The notes beneath the pieces were generated by a model. The model was not told the origin of the DNA, ran no database searches, and was given only the letters and a program-made list of their open reading frames with translations. This document shows positions 49,986 to 60,695 of a stretch of 64,000 nt of DNA, piece after piece (position 1 is the stretch's first letter; each line of letters begins with the position of its first letter). The stretch covers positions 5,377 to 69,376 of the forward strand of contig CAIPQU010000012.1 of NCBI GenBank assembly GCA_903867305.1, given 5' to 3'. The position numbers and the translations under genes were made by a program. Source of the DNA: an uncultured beta proteobacterium (GTDB lineage: Bacteria; Pseudomonadota; Gammaproteobacteria; Burkholderiales; Burkholderiaceae).

Positions 49986-50577
49986 AAGTAATGGTAAAGC
50001 CATTGTTTTTCTTCTAGCACTATCCCCGTTTATTCGACTGATTTGGTACGGATACCATGGGGATTTAGGGGCTAACCCGATCGAATTTATTACGCGTTTT
50101 ACGGGAACTTGGGGCATTGTCATGCTCTGCTTGACGCTGAGTATTACCCCCTTGAGAGTTACTACTGGATGGAATATCCTGCAACAATATCGGCGCATGC
50201 TGGGCCTATTCTGTTTTTTTTATGCCACTCTACACTTTTTTACATGGGCGGTGATTGATAACCATTTAGATCTCGATGCAATCTACCATGACTTTTATAA
50301 GAGAACGTTTATTACCCTAGGTCTTGCTGCGTTCATTTGCTTAATTCCACTAGCAATGACATCAACTAAAAAAATACAAAAAAAACTAGGTCGCAGATGG
50401 GCAACACTGCATCAGCTCATTTACGTCATTGCCATCCTTGTCCCTTTGCATTACTACTTGCATAAAGCCGGTAAAAACAACTTTGGTGAAGTGCGTATTT
50501 ATATTATTATTCTAGCCATCCTTTTGGCTTGGCGTCTCAAACGTTGGATACAAAGAAGGCTTGTCAAAACGAGCTAG
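49954..50577 (+). CDS. msrQ: Protein-methionine-sulfoxide reductase heme subunit
   Basis: TGTWG, RRMLGL..YATLH and W..LHQLIY...LHY motifs. The start is uncertain; the last in-frame ATG (49954) overlaps the msrP end. Confidence 0.92.
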   Translation: MPAWTLPSFIKSNGKAIVFLLALSPFIRLIWYGYHGDLGANPIEFITRFTGTWGIVMLCLTLSITPLRVTTGWNILQQYRRMLGLFCFFYATLHFFTWAVIDNHLDLDAIYHDFYKRTFITLGLAAFICLIPLAMTSTKKIQKKLGRRWATLHQLIYVIAILVPLHYYLHKAGKNNFGEVRIYIIILAILLAWRLKRWIQRRLVKTS

Positions 50578-50640
50578 ATCCCCTCCTATCAGATTGAATT
50601 TATGGGCTAAAAGGGATTCGGGATTAAAATAAAAAGATTC

Positions 50641-51408
50641 ATGACGATTACATTCTCTCCCCCTTATACATCTCTTACTAGAAGCGTTCAAACCCTTCAA
50701 GAAAAAGGTTTTGCTTTGCTCAGTAGTGATGACTTTTTTTCTTTAAGCGAACACTCTCGAAGTGATTGGGAAATCCTTGCACAATCTTGGCATCATCTAA
50801 CGGAAGATCAATACCTGAAGGATGGTGGTAAATATCGTCAGCGAAAACACGCTAGCTTGGTAGTAACCGAACAATCGATTGAAATCACCCCCTATCGCCC
50901 TCATTTCCAACCAGTCTCCTATAACGCTTTGCACGGGGGAATGAATCGTATTTTTACGCCCTGTGATGAAACATTTATCAAACACCCAGCGATGTATGAC
51001 TTTTTATTACAACTCAGCGACTTATTTACTCAAGCCATGATGAAGTCTAGACCTGAAGTAACTCCGTGGTATGTTGAAGCTCATCAATTCAGGATCGATA
51101 CTGCTCAAGGAATTGGTCGCCCCACACCTGAAGGTGCCCATCGAGATGGTGTTAATTTTGTCGCGGTCCTGCTCGTGGATCGACATTTAGTCAAAGGGGG
51201 GGAATCTAGAGTCTTCGATGCAACAGGTCCCCACGGGGAACGCTTTACTTTAGAGAACCCATGGACTTTGCTCTTGCTCGACGATACGAAAGTTCTCCAC
51301 GAAACTACTCCAATCCAACCCGAAAATCGTTTACAACCTCAAAACTCTTGGCGAGACACCTTAGTTTTAACCTATCGTCAAGATGGGTTTTTACAAGCCC
51401 AAAACTAA
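50641..51408 (+). CDS. 2OG-Fe(II) dioxygenase family protein (BsmA-like)
   Basis: HQFRI, PTPEGAHRDG (HxD), LHETTPI and RDTLV motifs. Confidence 0.87.
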   Translation: MTITFSPPYTSLTRSVQTLQEKGFALLSSDDFFSLSEHSRSDWEILAQSWHHLTEDQYLKDGGKYRQRKHASLVVTEQSIEITPYRPHFQPVSYNALHGGMNRIFTPCDETFIKHPAMYDFLLQLSDLFTQAMMKSRPEVTPWYVEAHQFRIDTAQGIGRPTPEGAHRDGVNFVAVLLVDRHLVKGGESRVFDATGPHGERFTLENPWTLLLLDDTKVLHETTPIQPENRLQPQNSWRDTLVLTYRQDGFLQAQN

Positions 51409-51410
51409 GC

Positions 51411-52922
51411 ATGGCATATAACCATTCTGCGCCAGGTTTTCGATATTCGATACTCGTTATCTTTTTTGCTGTATTGATTCACCTAGCCTTTGGATTTATT
51501 CTCGGGCTATCTGTGGATGAAGCACACTATGCTTTATACGGCCTCTATCTCGACTGGAGTTATTTTGATCACCCTCCTCTTGTGGGTTGGGTCCAAAGCC
51601 TACCGGTTCATCTGGGCTGGCCTGATGGCTTCATACGGTTAATTCCAGAATTTCTGTGGCTACTGGGTTTATTAATATCTCTAGCGAATGCCAAAATGTT
51701 AGTGCGTCGCTATCAATTATCTTTGCAATACTTAAATATCAAATCGGTCGTTTGGTGGACCTCACTGATTCTAATAACTGGGCCTCTTTTCCATGTTTTA
51801 GCTGTCGGACTCCTACCAGATACCTTGTTACTCTTTTTAGTTCCTTGCATGATGTATCTGACCCTAAGAATTTCCGAATCCCTGTCTGAGAGAAATCCAC
51901 GAGATTTTTGGTTATGGATTTTGATGGGTATCGTTCTAGGCCTGGCAGGTCTATCAAAATACACAGCTTTATTTTTTGCTTTAGCAATTCCAATTTGTTT
52001 AATGTACTGGCATGGTTTAGGTATTTTTACTCGCTTAGGATTGTGGTTTTGCCTAATCATTGCAGGTCTTCTGATTAGTCCAGTGATCTACTGGAACTAT
52101 CAACATGATTGGATATCCTTTGCTTATCAATTTGGACATGGGACTGGAGGCTCTTGGAAATTTAGTCGTGTGTTAGTTTTTCTTTTCAATCAGTTCATCT
52201 GCTATGGAATCTTGATGTTCATGGGCATCATTTGGACCTACCGTCGTCATATGGCTAGCCCCTCTATACTTCTTTATTTTTTCTTCTTACCCCTCATCAT
52301 TTTTGCTTATTTTTCCGGCGGAGGTAGTAGTCTTCCTCACTGGACTGCACCTGCATGGATGGTGCTAGCACCAATGGCTGGCATCGGCATTGCACAAGCC
52401 TGGGAAGCTGGTCGTCGATTTTGGATTGCCTTTGTACTCTTCATCCAAATCAGTATCTGTGTTGTTGGATTTACGCTCTTGTTCTTTGGTGGGGTTCCTG
52501 GTGTTAGCATGAATGAGCCGATGGGCCAGAAAAATCCGATTGCCGACTTATATGGTTGGAATGACGCTGGTCAAAAAATCAAAGATTTATCTGAGCAATA
52601 TGAAGTTAAATTCATCGCTGTACAAAACTGGACTCTTGCGAGCCGATTAGCTTGGTATGCAAAACCTCTTACTACCATTGTTTTAGATCAGCGAGTCGAT
52701 CAATTTGATCTTTGGTATGGTGCGCTTCCCATCGAGAGTGATGCACTTGTTTTAAATTGGTCGAACATGGCCTTTGACCCCCCTGTTTCAGATACAGGAT
52801 TTGAATCTTGTGAAATCGTCGATTCTCAGAGTGTCCATCGTCTCGGTCGTGATATTTCAAAATTTGACTTTTTGTTATGCAAAAATTGGCAAGGTAATTC
52901 AACACCGTCAAGAACCCCTTAA
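51411..52922 (+). CDS. GT-C membrane glycosyltransferase (ArnT/PMT, GT39/GT83-like)
   Basis: DEAHY, YFDHPPL, PD and SKYTA motifs with many TM helices; start moved to ATG 51411. Confidence 0.88.
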   Translation: MAYNHSAPGFRYSILVIFFAVLIHLAFGFILGLSVDEAHYALYGLYLDWSYFDHPPLVGWVQSLPVHLGWPDGFIRLIPEFLWLLGLLISLANAKMLVRRYQLSLQYLNIKSVVWWTSLILITGPLFHVLAVGLLPDTLLLFLVPCMMYLTLRISESLSERNPRDFWLWILMGIVLGLAGLSKYTALFFALAIPICLMYWHGLGIFTRLGLWFCLIIAGLLISPVIYWNYQHDWISFAYQFGHGTGGSWKFSRVLVFLFNQFICYGILMFMGIIWTYRRHMASPSILLYFFFLPLIIFAYFSGGGSSLPHWTAPAWMVLAPMAGIGIAQAWEAGRRFWIAFVLFIQISICVVGFTLLFFGGVPGVSMNEPMGQKNPIADLYGWNDAGQKIKDLSEQYEVKFIAVQNWTLASRLAWYAKPLTTIVLDQRVDQFDLWYGALPIESDALVLNWSNMAFDPPVSDTGFESCEIVDSQSVHRLGRDISKFDFLLCKNWQGNSTPSRTP

Positions 52923-52931
52923 TTTGTTTGT

Positions 52932-53909
52932 ATGACACTAACATTTATATCAAAAGAACCCAAACCTAGTTTCTGGAAACGATATGGTTCCATCATTCGT
53001 TTTTTGATCTCCATCGTCTTATTAGCTCGAGCCATTCGGGCGATTGATTGGGTTCGCGTGCAAGCCGCTGTTCCAACGATCGATTGGAAATGGCTACTAC
53101 TATCCCTCATCATTCTGTTGATCAGTTACTCTATTTGCAGTCAGCGCTGGGCTTACATCATGCAAGCAGCTGGATTTAAAAATTCAGCAATGGATTACCT
53201 GCGACTTTATTTTGCTGGCGGACTGATTAATCAAGGGCTTCCGACCACACTGGGGGGTGATAGCTATCGAGCCATCGCAGCTCACCGTATTCTGCAAAAA
53301 AATCAGGCGGAAATGACTTCCTTACCCTATAGTTTTTTTGGGGTTTTACTTGACCGTTCGATGGGGCTTGCAGGTCTTTGCATTCTGGGTGCAATTGGTA
53401 TCGCAGTCAGTGGCTCAGTTCTAGGAGAATGGGTTCCCCTCCTTGGTCTGGTACTTCTTTTTGTCATGTTGCTAGGTACGATAGTTATCGCTATTTTCCT
53501 CAGATGGCGTCCTAGTCAAAAGATCTATATAAAACTGATGCAAGGTTTAAAAATACAGCACCCACTAGCGGCTACAGAAGCCACCTGGGGATTTGCCAAT
53601 CTTTGGTGGCAGCTCCTCGTTGCCATTTTGATTCATTGCTTTGCTTTGCTAGCATTTTGGGCCTGTCTAAAAGCGTGTCATGTCGATGCTCCCATAGAGG
53701 CCCTCTTAATTGGTATTCCAGCTCTGGGTTTACTGATGCTACTCCCGATTAGTATCTCTGGATGGGGTCTTCGCGAGACCTCCTTAGCAAGTATTCTTGG
53801 ACTCTGGGGACTAGACCCATCACTGGTCATCTTGAGCTCCATTCTCTATGGAATCCTCATCTTGATCTCTTATTTACCCGGATTACCGCGTTTAATACAA
53901 AAGGGGTAG
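52932..53909 (+). CDS. Lysylphosphatidylglycerol synthase TM / flippase-like protein (UPF0104)
   Basis: QRW, INQGLPTTLGGDSYR, DRSMG and LPISISGWGLRE motifs. Confidence 0.85.
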   Translation: MTLTFISKEPKPSFWKRYGSIIRFLISIVLLARAIRAIDWVRVQAAVPTIDWKWLLLSLIILLISYSICSQRWAYIMQAAGFKNSAMDYLRLYFAGGLINQGLPTTLGGDSYRAIAAHRILQKNQAEMTSLPYSFFGVLLDRSMGLAGLCILGAIGIAVSGSVLGEWVPLLGLVLLFVMLLGTIVIAIFLRWRPSQKIYIKLMQGLKIQHPLAATEATWGFANLWWQLLVAILIHCFALLAFWACLKACHVDAPIEALLIGIPALGLLMLLPISISGWGLRETSLASILGLWGLDPSLVILSSILYGILILISYLPGLPRLIQKG

Positions 53910-53931
53910 TTGACCTGTCATAATATGGGTT

Positions 53932-55185
53932 ATGACTATTCGTGTTGACACGATGCGCCGCATCGACCATTTGGCTGGGGTTCCTTTATGTGCCATTTTG
54001 ACCCCTATTGTTTATTTATATGATTTCATTCGTGGTTTATTCCGGCCGGCAATCTCTTCCCCAAAAAAAGTATTATTTATTGAGCTTTCGGAGATGGGAA
54101 GCGCAATCCTCGTGGATCCCGCCATGCGCGAAACTATTCGCCGTGGTGCCGACATTTACTTCCTGATTTTTAAAAGTAATCAAGTAAGCCTCGATTTACT
54201 ACGGACGGTTCCCAAACATCAGATCCTTACCATTGATGCAAGTGGGATTCTTCCTCTCATCAAAACAACCGTTTTAACACTGATTCAAATCCACCGTCTT
54301 GGGATTGATACCGTCATTGACCTTGAACTTTTTTCGCGGTTTACCGCCCTATTGACGGGTTGCTCGGGAGCCTCTCGACGGGTTGGCTATCATATTTTTC
54401 ATGGTGAAGGATTATGGCGAGGCGACCTGTTAACACATCGTGTCCACTACAACCCTCACATTCATATTTCTAAAAACTTTTTATCTCTCGTACATGCTGC
54501 TTTTGCCACTGAAAACGAATTACCTTTTAGTAAAGTGGCCATTCAAGATCAAGATGTTCAACTGGCACAAGCGGTCGTCACATCGGAACAAAAAACCACC
54601 ATCGCAAATCGTATCCAAGATGTTATCAAAGCTCAATTTCCAAATGGTGTCTCACAAATCATTCTGATCAACCCCAATGCAAGTGATCTATTACCACAGC
54701 GTCGATGGGCGCCGGAGCGTTTTGCTGAACTGATCGCCGCAGCCTCTTCCCAATGGCCGCAGGCTGCGCTCTTAATCACTGGATCTGCTGAAGAAAAGTC
54801 CTATGCTCAACGTGTTTTAGACATGTCTAAAACAGCACACGCCTTTAACTTTGCTGGTATGGTTAAATTTGGTGAGCTTCCGACCCTTTATCATTTAGCT
54901 AGCGTCATGGTGACCAATGATTCTGGGCCGGGGCACTTTTCATCCGTAACACCACTGCCCACAGTGGTTTTATTTGGTCCAGAGACACCCGCTCTATATG
55001 GTTCACTAGGTAAGTCAATTCCGATTTTTGCAGGCCTTGCTTGTTCCCCCTGTGTATCCGCCGCAAATCATCGTAAGACGCCATGTAAGAATAATCTCTG
55101 TATGCAAGCCATCGAAGTTCCTCAAGTACTCGATGCGATGCAGCAATGGCTAATGACCGAAGATCATGCCTACCCAAGAGCTTAA
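53932..55185 (+). CDS. Glycosyltransferase family 9 (heptosyltransferase-like)
   Basis: SEMGS, INPNAS..RRW and VTNDSGPGH..VVLFGPE motifs. Confidence 0.9.
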   Translation: MTIRVDTMRRIDHLAGVPLCAILTPIVYLYDFIRGLFRPAISSPKKVLFIELSEMGSAILVDPAMRETIRRGADIYFLIFKSNQVSLDLLRTVPKHQILTIDASGILPLIKTTVLTLIQIHRLGIDTVIDLELFSRFTALLTGCSGASRRVGYHIFHGEGLWRGDLLTHRVHYNPHIHISKNFLSLVHAAFATENELPFSKVAIQDQDVQLAQAVVTSEQKTTIANRIQDVIKAQFPNGVSQIILINPNASDLLPQRRWAPERFAELIAAASSQWPQAALLITGSAEEKSYAQRVLDMSKTAHAFNFAGMVKFGELPTLYHLASVMVTNDSGPGHFSSVTPLPTVVLFGPETPALYGSLGKSIPIFAGLACSPCVSAANHRKTPCKNNLCMQAIEVPQVLDAMQQWLMTEDHAYPRA

Positions 55186-55963
55186 AAATATAGCCATATC
55201 GCCTTGGGTTTGGTCCTTGCCACTCCTACCTCTTGGGGTCTTTGCCTTTGATGCGTTGAACACGTATGATCAATTGTGGTTTTTCAGTATCAACCATCTA
55301 GCGAGCCAACTACCAGATATTGTTTGGACAAGCTTATCTCTTCTCGGGAATGGTTGGTCACTATTTGCCCTATTATTTCCGCTGATGCTAATTTTCAGGA
55401 AACCTTTTTATGCGGCCATTATTTCTGGGGCTTTTACTGGAGTTTTTTCGCATATAGCAAAACAAATCGCAAATACTTCACGCCCAGCTGGGGTCCTCGA
55501 TCAAAGTACATTTCATATCATTGACAGTCCTTTGCTACATTCCGCCATGCCATCGGGTCACACGATGACAGCTTTTAGTATTGCAACCGCCATCTTTTTT
55601 AGTCTCCCCAATCACAATCGCTCGCGCTGGTCTTTTATATTTCTTCTTGCACTTGGAACCGGCATCTCTCGGATTGCGGTTGGCGCTCATTGGCCGCAGG
55701 ACGTGCTTGTTGGAAGTTCTATGGGTATCGCTTCAGGCCTCATTGGAGCTATTTTGATTGAGCGAGTTCCAGAGCACTTATTTTCCATCAGCGCTTGGCC
55801 TTTTAAAATTGTCAGCTTAGCGAGTGCCATCAGTTTGTATATATTAATCACCGAGACCCTCGATTTTCAACTAAACAAACCTATTCAAATGCTATTAGCT
55901 GCCCTCGTTCTGATCACTTGGGCAAAGTTGCTAGTGAACTACTTTCATCGCCAAGAACAATAA
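55166..55963 (+). CDS. PAP2 family membrane phosphatase
   Basis: K...RP, PSGH and SRIAVGAHWPQDV motifs. Confidence 0.92.
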   Translation: MPTQELKNIAISPWVWSLPLLPLGVFAFDALNTYDQLWFFSINHLASQLPDIVWTSLSLLGNGWSLFALLFPLMLIFRKPFYAAIISGAFTGVFSHIAKQIANTSRPAGVLDQSTFHIIDSPLLHSAMPSGHTMTAFSIATAIFFSLPNHNRSRWSFIFLLALGTGISRIAVGAHWPQDVLVGSSMGIASGLIGAILIERVPEHLFSISAWPFKIVSLASAISLYILITETLDFQLNKPIQMLLAALVLITWAKLLVNYFHRQEQ

Positions 55964-55965
55964 TT

Positions 55966-56832
55966 ATGTTTAGTTATCGACACGGCTTTCATGCTGGTAA
56001 TCATGCGGATGTTTTAAAACATATCACCTTACTGACATGCCTTAAACTCTTACATAAAAAAGATACGCCTCTCATGCTGGTCGATACCCATGCTGGCGCC
56101 GGAATCTATGACCTTCATGACCGATTTGCCCAAACCAGCCAAGAAGCTAGTGAAGGTATTTTGCAACTGACCAAGGCTTCTTCGACCATGAGTAATCAAG
56201 ATGTGATCGATTATTTGCAGATCATCTCAAACCTACAAACCTCTCAAAATATACAGATTTATCCAGGATCACCTTACCTGCTTTGGCAAAGTATGCGAGC
56301 ACTCGATAAACTGCGTTTAATGGAACTTCACCCTAGTGATTTTCCAGTATTACAAGACAACATCCATCAATTAAAAACAAAAAGACAAGATATTAAAATG
56401 GATATGGTAGATGGCTTTAATATGCTCAAAGCTTACTTGCCCCCTCCATCACGTCGTGGACTGATCCTCATCGATCCTTCTTATGAGGATAAGGGTGATT
56501 ATTTTTCGGCTCTCAAGGCTCTTGAAGAAGCTATTCATCGTTTTGCCAATGGTGTTTATCTCATTTGGTACCCAGTGCTCTCTCGATTAGATGCAAAAGA
56601 GTTTCCGAGCCGCCTAAAAAAACTCACCCAAGAACACAACTTGCCTTGGCTAAGAGCCGAACTTCGGATTAAACCAATGGGTGAGGATGGTCTATCTGCT
56701 AGCGGTATGTGGATCATAAACCCACCATGGCAATTAAAAGAGTCTTTAGCAACTTCCTTACCGATACTGCAGTCGTCACTACAAATCAATGAAGCCGGTA
56801 GCTATTTGATCGAAGCAGCAGAGTCCGCTTAA
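55966..56832 (+). CDS. rlmJ: 23S rRNA (adenine-2030-N6)-methyltransferase
   Basis: MFSYRHGFHAGNHADVLKH, DTHAGAG, YPGSP and IDPSYE motifs; start moved to ATG 55966. Confidence 0.96.
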   Translation: MFSYRHGFHAGNHADVLKHITLLTCLKLLHKKDTPLMLVDTHAGAGIYDLHDRFAQTSQEASEGILQLTKASSTMSNQDVIDYLQIISNLQTSQNIQIYPGSPYLLWQSMRALDKLRLMELHPSDFPVLQDNIHQLKTKRQDIKMDMVDGFNMLKAYLPPPSRRGLILIDPSYEDKGDYFSALKALEEAIHRFANGVYLIWYPVLSRLDAKEFPSRLKKLTQEHNLPWLRAELRIKPMGEDGLSASGMWIINPPWQLKESLATSLPILQSSLQINEAGSYLIEAAESA

Positions 56833-57548
56833 ACTTCAGCTTTAAAGGGATTAAAGTTGGTATGACGATCGTAGTAATCTTCTGACTCGACTCGTTTTAA
56901 AAAACTGACAATACGATAGGTCAGAGGAACAGCTAGAACCTCCCAACCAGTCTTTAAAATATATTGCACAGAGGCAACTTCGATCACTTGAGAGGTTGGC
57001 CAAATACCATAAAAAGCTAACATGTAAAAGATGGAAGAGTCGACCAACTCTCCCGCAGCAGTGGATACTATTAAACGTAACCAAAGATGCTTACCAGCAG
57101 TAAATATCTTCATTTTGGCCAACACATAGGCATTGACCAAACTACCACACCAAAAGGCAACCATCGAACCCAAGACAATCCGCCATGTATTTCCAAAAAC
57201 TGACTCTAAACCCTCTTGTAAGTGGGTGTTATAGTCGCCAGGTGCTGGTTGCAAATGAATCACCACTTGCGACATGAAGGCAGCAAATATCAACGCACCA
57301 AATCCACACCAAACCGCCCGACGGTCATAAGAATAGCCATACACTTCGGTAAAAATATCTCCAAAGGCATATGAAATCGGGAAAAATAAAATCCCAGCTC
57401 CAAAAATAACGTTTCCGATGATCGGCAGATCAATTTGTGCAGCTTTGCCAGCACCAATCAAATTAGCACAAAGCAATACAGCAACAAAACCCGCTAAAAG
57501 AAAGTCATAGTATTTATAGGTTTTTTTGATCGTGCGGTCTTGTGTCAT
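56829..57548 (-). CDS. yhhQ: Queuosine precursor transporter (YhhQ/VUT, COG1738)
   Basis: FFPISY..GDIFTEVYG, RIVLGS..AF and GELVDS motifs. Confidence 0.88.
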   Translation of the reverse strand: MTQDRTIKKTYKYYDFLLAGFVAVLLCANLIGAGKAAQIDLPIIGNVIFGAGILFFPISYAFGDIFTEVYGYSYDRRAVWCGFGALIFAAFMSQVVIHLQPAPGDYNTHLQEGLESVFGNTWRIVLGSMVAFWCGSLVNAYVLAKMKIFTAGKHLWLRLIVSTAAGELVDSSIFYMLAFYGIWPTSQVIEVASVQYILKTGWEVLAVPLTYRIVSFLKRVESEDYYDRHTNFNPFKAEV

Positions 57549-57649
57549 AGAATTCATTAAAATAGTCAACAACAATCAAATTAGTCTAAACTACTTTCTA
57601 CTGCATTTGTGATAAAAGATCCAAAACCCAAATATCGACATTTAAAACT

Positions 57650-58828
57650 ATGAGCTCAAAAAATCAATTTCAATGGGATGACCCACTTTTACTCCAGTCA
57701 CAACTTACTTCCGAAGAACGGATGGTACAAGAAGCTGCCAGAAAATATGCCCAAGAAAAATTAGCTCCTCGCGTCCTTAAGGCTTTTCGGGAAGAACATA
57801 CCGATATAGCGATATTTAAAGAGATGGGCGACTTAGGTCTTTTAGGGCTAACCCTTCCAAGTCAATATGGCGGCTCTGATTTGAACTATGTTTGTTACGG
57901 TCTCGTGGCTCGTGAAATCGAACGCGTTGACTCTGGTTACCGTTCGATGATGAGCGTGCAATCATCACTTGTCATGTTACCAATTTTTGAATTTGGTAGC
58001 GAAGAACAAAAACAAAAATATTTACCAGGACTTGCTAGCGGTGATCTGATTGGCTGTTTTGGTCTTACTGAACCGGATTTTGGTTCTGATCCAGGAAATA
58101 TGGCATCTCGCGCAAAATCCGTTCCTGGAGGGTTTGAACTGACCGGCTCTAAAATTTGGATCTCTAACTCACCCTTCGCAGATGTTTTTGTGATCTGGGC
58201 GAAAAATGATGATGGCATTATTCGTGGCTATATCCTAGAAAAAGGAATGAAGGGTTTATCCGCTCCAAAGATCCATGGAAAAATGGGCTTACGTGCCTCG
58301 ACAACGGGTGAAGTCGTAATGGATCAAGTATTTGTTCCAGCAGAAAATGAATTACCAAATGTTAGCGGTTTAAAAGGTCCTTTTACCTGCCTAAATTCAG
58401 CACGTTATGGTATCTCTTGGGGAGCCATGGGTGCTGCTGAGTTTTGTTGGCACGCGGCCCGCCAATATACCTTAGATCGAAAGCAATTTGGTCGTCCATT
58501 AGCATCAACCCAATTGATACAGAAAAAACTAGCGGATATGCAAACTGAAATTACTCTTGCTTTACAGGGTTGCTTACGCTTAGGAAGAATGAAAGACGAA
58601 GGAACTGCTACCCCTGAAATGACTTCTATTATGAAGCGTAACTCTTGTGGTAAAGCTCTTGATATTGCTCGAATGGCGCGTGATATGCACGGTGGTAATG
58701 GGATCTCAGATGAGTATGGTGTGATTCGTCATTTACTCAATCTCGAGGTCGTCAATACCTATGAAGGCACACACGATATTCATGCCTTGATTTTGGGTCG
58801 TGCAATTACCGGAATTTCTGCGTTCTAA
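57650..58828 (+). CDS. gcdH: Glutaryl-CoA dehydrogenase
   Basis: [36 protein letters not shown] and [11 protein letters not shown] motifs. Confidence 0.96.
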   Translation: MSSKNQFQWDDPLLLQSQLTSEERMVQEAARKYAQEKLAPRVLKAFREEHTDIAIFKEMGDLGLLGLTLPSQYGGSDLNYVCYGLVAREIERVDSGYRSMMSVQSSLVMLPIFEFGSEEQKQKYLPGLASGDLIGCFGLTEPDFGSDPGNMASRAKSVPGGFELTGSKIWISNSPFADVFVIWAKNDDGIIRGYILEKGMKGLSAPKIHGKMGLRASTTGEVVMDQVFVPAENELPNVSGLKGPFTCLNSARYGISWGAMGAAEFCWHAARQYTLDRKQFGRPLASTQLIQKKLADMQTEITLALQGCLRLGRMKDEGTATPEMTSIMKRNSCGKALDIARMARDMHGGNGISDEYGVIRHLLNLEVVNTYEGTHDIHALILGRAITGISAF

Positions 58829-59784
58829 ATCAAGCCTAGCTCACGCTGCGTTTGCAACATGTGAATTAAGGCTTTAATCGTTTCAAGATAAGGCACAGGG
58901 ATATTTTCGCGGTGGGCAGCGGCGATCGTATTATCAATAATCGCCTCGACCTCAATGTCTTGCTTGCGCTCCCAATCAATCGCCATACTGTTTTTATAGG
59001 CGGGCGCCTTATACGTCAATTCAATATAGTGATCCGGTAAATCTGCTGGAATTTCATTACCAGTCGCTTTGGCAATAAGCATAACCTCATTCATGATATG
59101 GCGGATAAGCTGCTCACCACCAGGGGCATTTAGTAAACGTAAAGTATCAATAACGCCACCTAATACTGAAACAGGATTAAACGAAGCGTTCCATAAGACC
59201 TTTTGCCAACGACCTTGGGTAATGTTTTCATTTAATACAACCGGTACTCCACCAATCTCTAAAAGCCTAGCCAACTCTTTACACTCATTACTTACATCAC
59301 CCGGATAATTACCGATTGTCAGCTCACTATAAGCATAGTGCCTAACTACCCCAGGAGCGATTCGACTCACCTGAATAAAGGCTAATGCACTAATAATTTG
59401 ATTATTAGGATAAGCATCATGAATCTCATTTTCGATTTCAACACCATTCTCAATCAACACAATTACGGTATTTGGACCTACTGCAGGGCGCATCATCTCG
59501 ACACGATCAACCCCCTTCACCACTTTCAGGGCCACCACCAAATAATCCGGATAACTCCCTTGATAGCTATGGCAAGAAGGTATTACATCGTGGGGAACAA
59601 ATAGTTGATCACCCAGAGATTCACTTAACATGTTGACGCCATGAACTTTAATGACTGGATAATCGGTTCTAACAACTAAAGTGACATGAGCCCTAGCCTT
59701 CGATAATGCATGACCATAAAAACATCCAATAGCCCCAGAACCTAAAACTAATATGCGAGGGGTATCATCAGGACTTAAGATCAT
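58825..59784 (-). CDS. Ketopantoate reductase family protein
   Basis: GSGAIG, VALK, IENG, WQKVLWN and NSMAID...E motifs. Confidence 0.88.
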   Translation of the reverse strand: MILSPDDTPRILVLGSGAIGCFYGHALSKARAHVTLVVRTDYPVIKVHGVNMLSESLGDQLFVPHDVIPSCHSYQGSYPDYLVVALKVVKGVDRVEMMRPAVGPNTVIVLIENGVEIENEIHDAYPNNQIISALAFIQVSRIAPGVVRHYAYSELTIGNYPGDVSNECKELARLLEIGGVPVVLNENITQGRWQKVLWNASFNPVSVLGGVIDTLRLLNAPGGEQLIRHIMNEVMLIAKATGNEIPADLPDHYIELTYKAPAYKNSMAIDWERKQDIEVEAIIDNTIAAAHRENIPVPYLETIKALIHMLQTQRELGLI

Positions 59785-59869
59785 TTTGGAAAGATTTATA
59801 ATATTTTTGTAGATTGATAATAATGTAGGTTGTAGTGGCCATCATACCTTTTTTCTGGAGACTTTTTCA

Positions 59870-60691
59870 ATGAACGCACCCCACCCTGTATCTGGCATGC
59901 AAGCTAGTCAAGAAAAAATTGGCACAAAAGCTGGCCCTAGCTTACCAATGCCACCTACTTTTACGAATGTGGCTGATGAAAGAATCTACCGGAAGCAGCG
60001 TTTAGCAGCTGGATTTCGATTATTTTCTAAAATGGGATTTGATGAGGGTATTGCTGGTCATATCACCGCAAGGGATCCAGAGTTTCCAGATACTTTTTGG
60101 GTTAACCCTTTCGGTGTCCACTTTAGTCAGGTGAATGTATCGAACTTAATTCGCGTAGATCATCATGGAAATGTGATTGATGGAAAACACCCAGTAAATG
60201 CTGCAGCTTTTGCGATTCATTCACAAATTCATCTAGCTCGCCCAGATGTGGTTGCAGCAGCCCATACACACTCCCCGCAAGGCCGTGCATGGTCTACTCT
60301 GGGCTTGCCTTTAGAGACTCTGACTCAAGATGCCTGTGCGTTTTATCAAGACCATGCCGTCTATCGGGACTACGGTGGCGTTGTGGTGGAAATTGATGAA
60401 GGTGTCCGTGTAGCCGAGTCTCTTGGCTCTTACAAAGCCGCTATTTTGCAGAATCATGGTTTGTTGACGGTAGGTGGAACCGTGGAAGCCGCAGTTTGGT
60501 GGTATATCACCATGGAGCGTTGCTGCCAAGTCCAAATGATCGCCATGTCCACAGGACAAAAGCCAATTCCGATTAAAAAGGAGTCCGCTGAACAGGCTTA
60601 TTCAATTGTGGGCTCACCCTACGCTGGATGGTTCTCGTTTCAACCGCTGTATGACCGGATCATCAAAGAGCAACCCGATCTTTTAGATTAA
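59870..60691 (+). CDS. Class II aldolase/adducin family protein
   Basis: GHITARDP, IHSQIH..RPD..AHTH and LQNHG metal ligands. Confidence 0.92.
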   Translation: MNAPHPVSGMQASQEKIGTKAGPSLPMPPTFTNVADERIYRKQRLAAGFRLFSKMGFDEGIAGHITARDPEFPDTFWVNPFGVHFSQVNVSNLIRVDHHGNVIDGKHPVNAAAFAIHSQIHLARPDVVAAAHTHSPQGRAWSTLGLPLETLTQDACAFYQDHAVYRDYGGVVVEIDEGVRVAESLGSYKAAILQNHGLLTVGGTVEAAVWWYITMERCCQVQMIAMSTGQKPIPIKKESAEQAYSIVGSPYAGWFSFQPLYDRIIKEQPDLLD

Positions 60692-60695
60692 ACCG

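Noticed and set aside
57549-57649. preQ1 riboswitch upstream of the queuosine-precursor transporter
   Set aside because: No AGAGGTTCTAG...CCCTCT-type stem or A-rich tail is visible on the minus strand.
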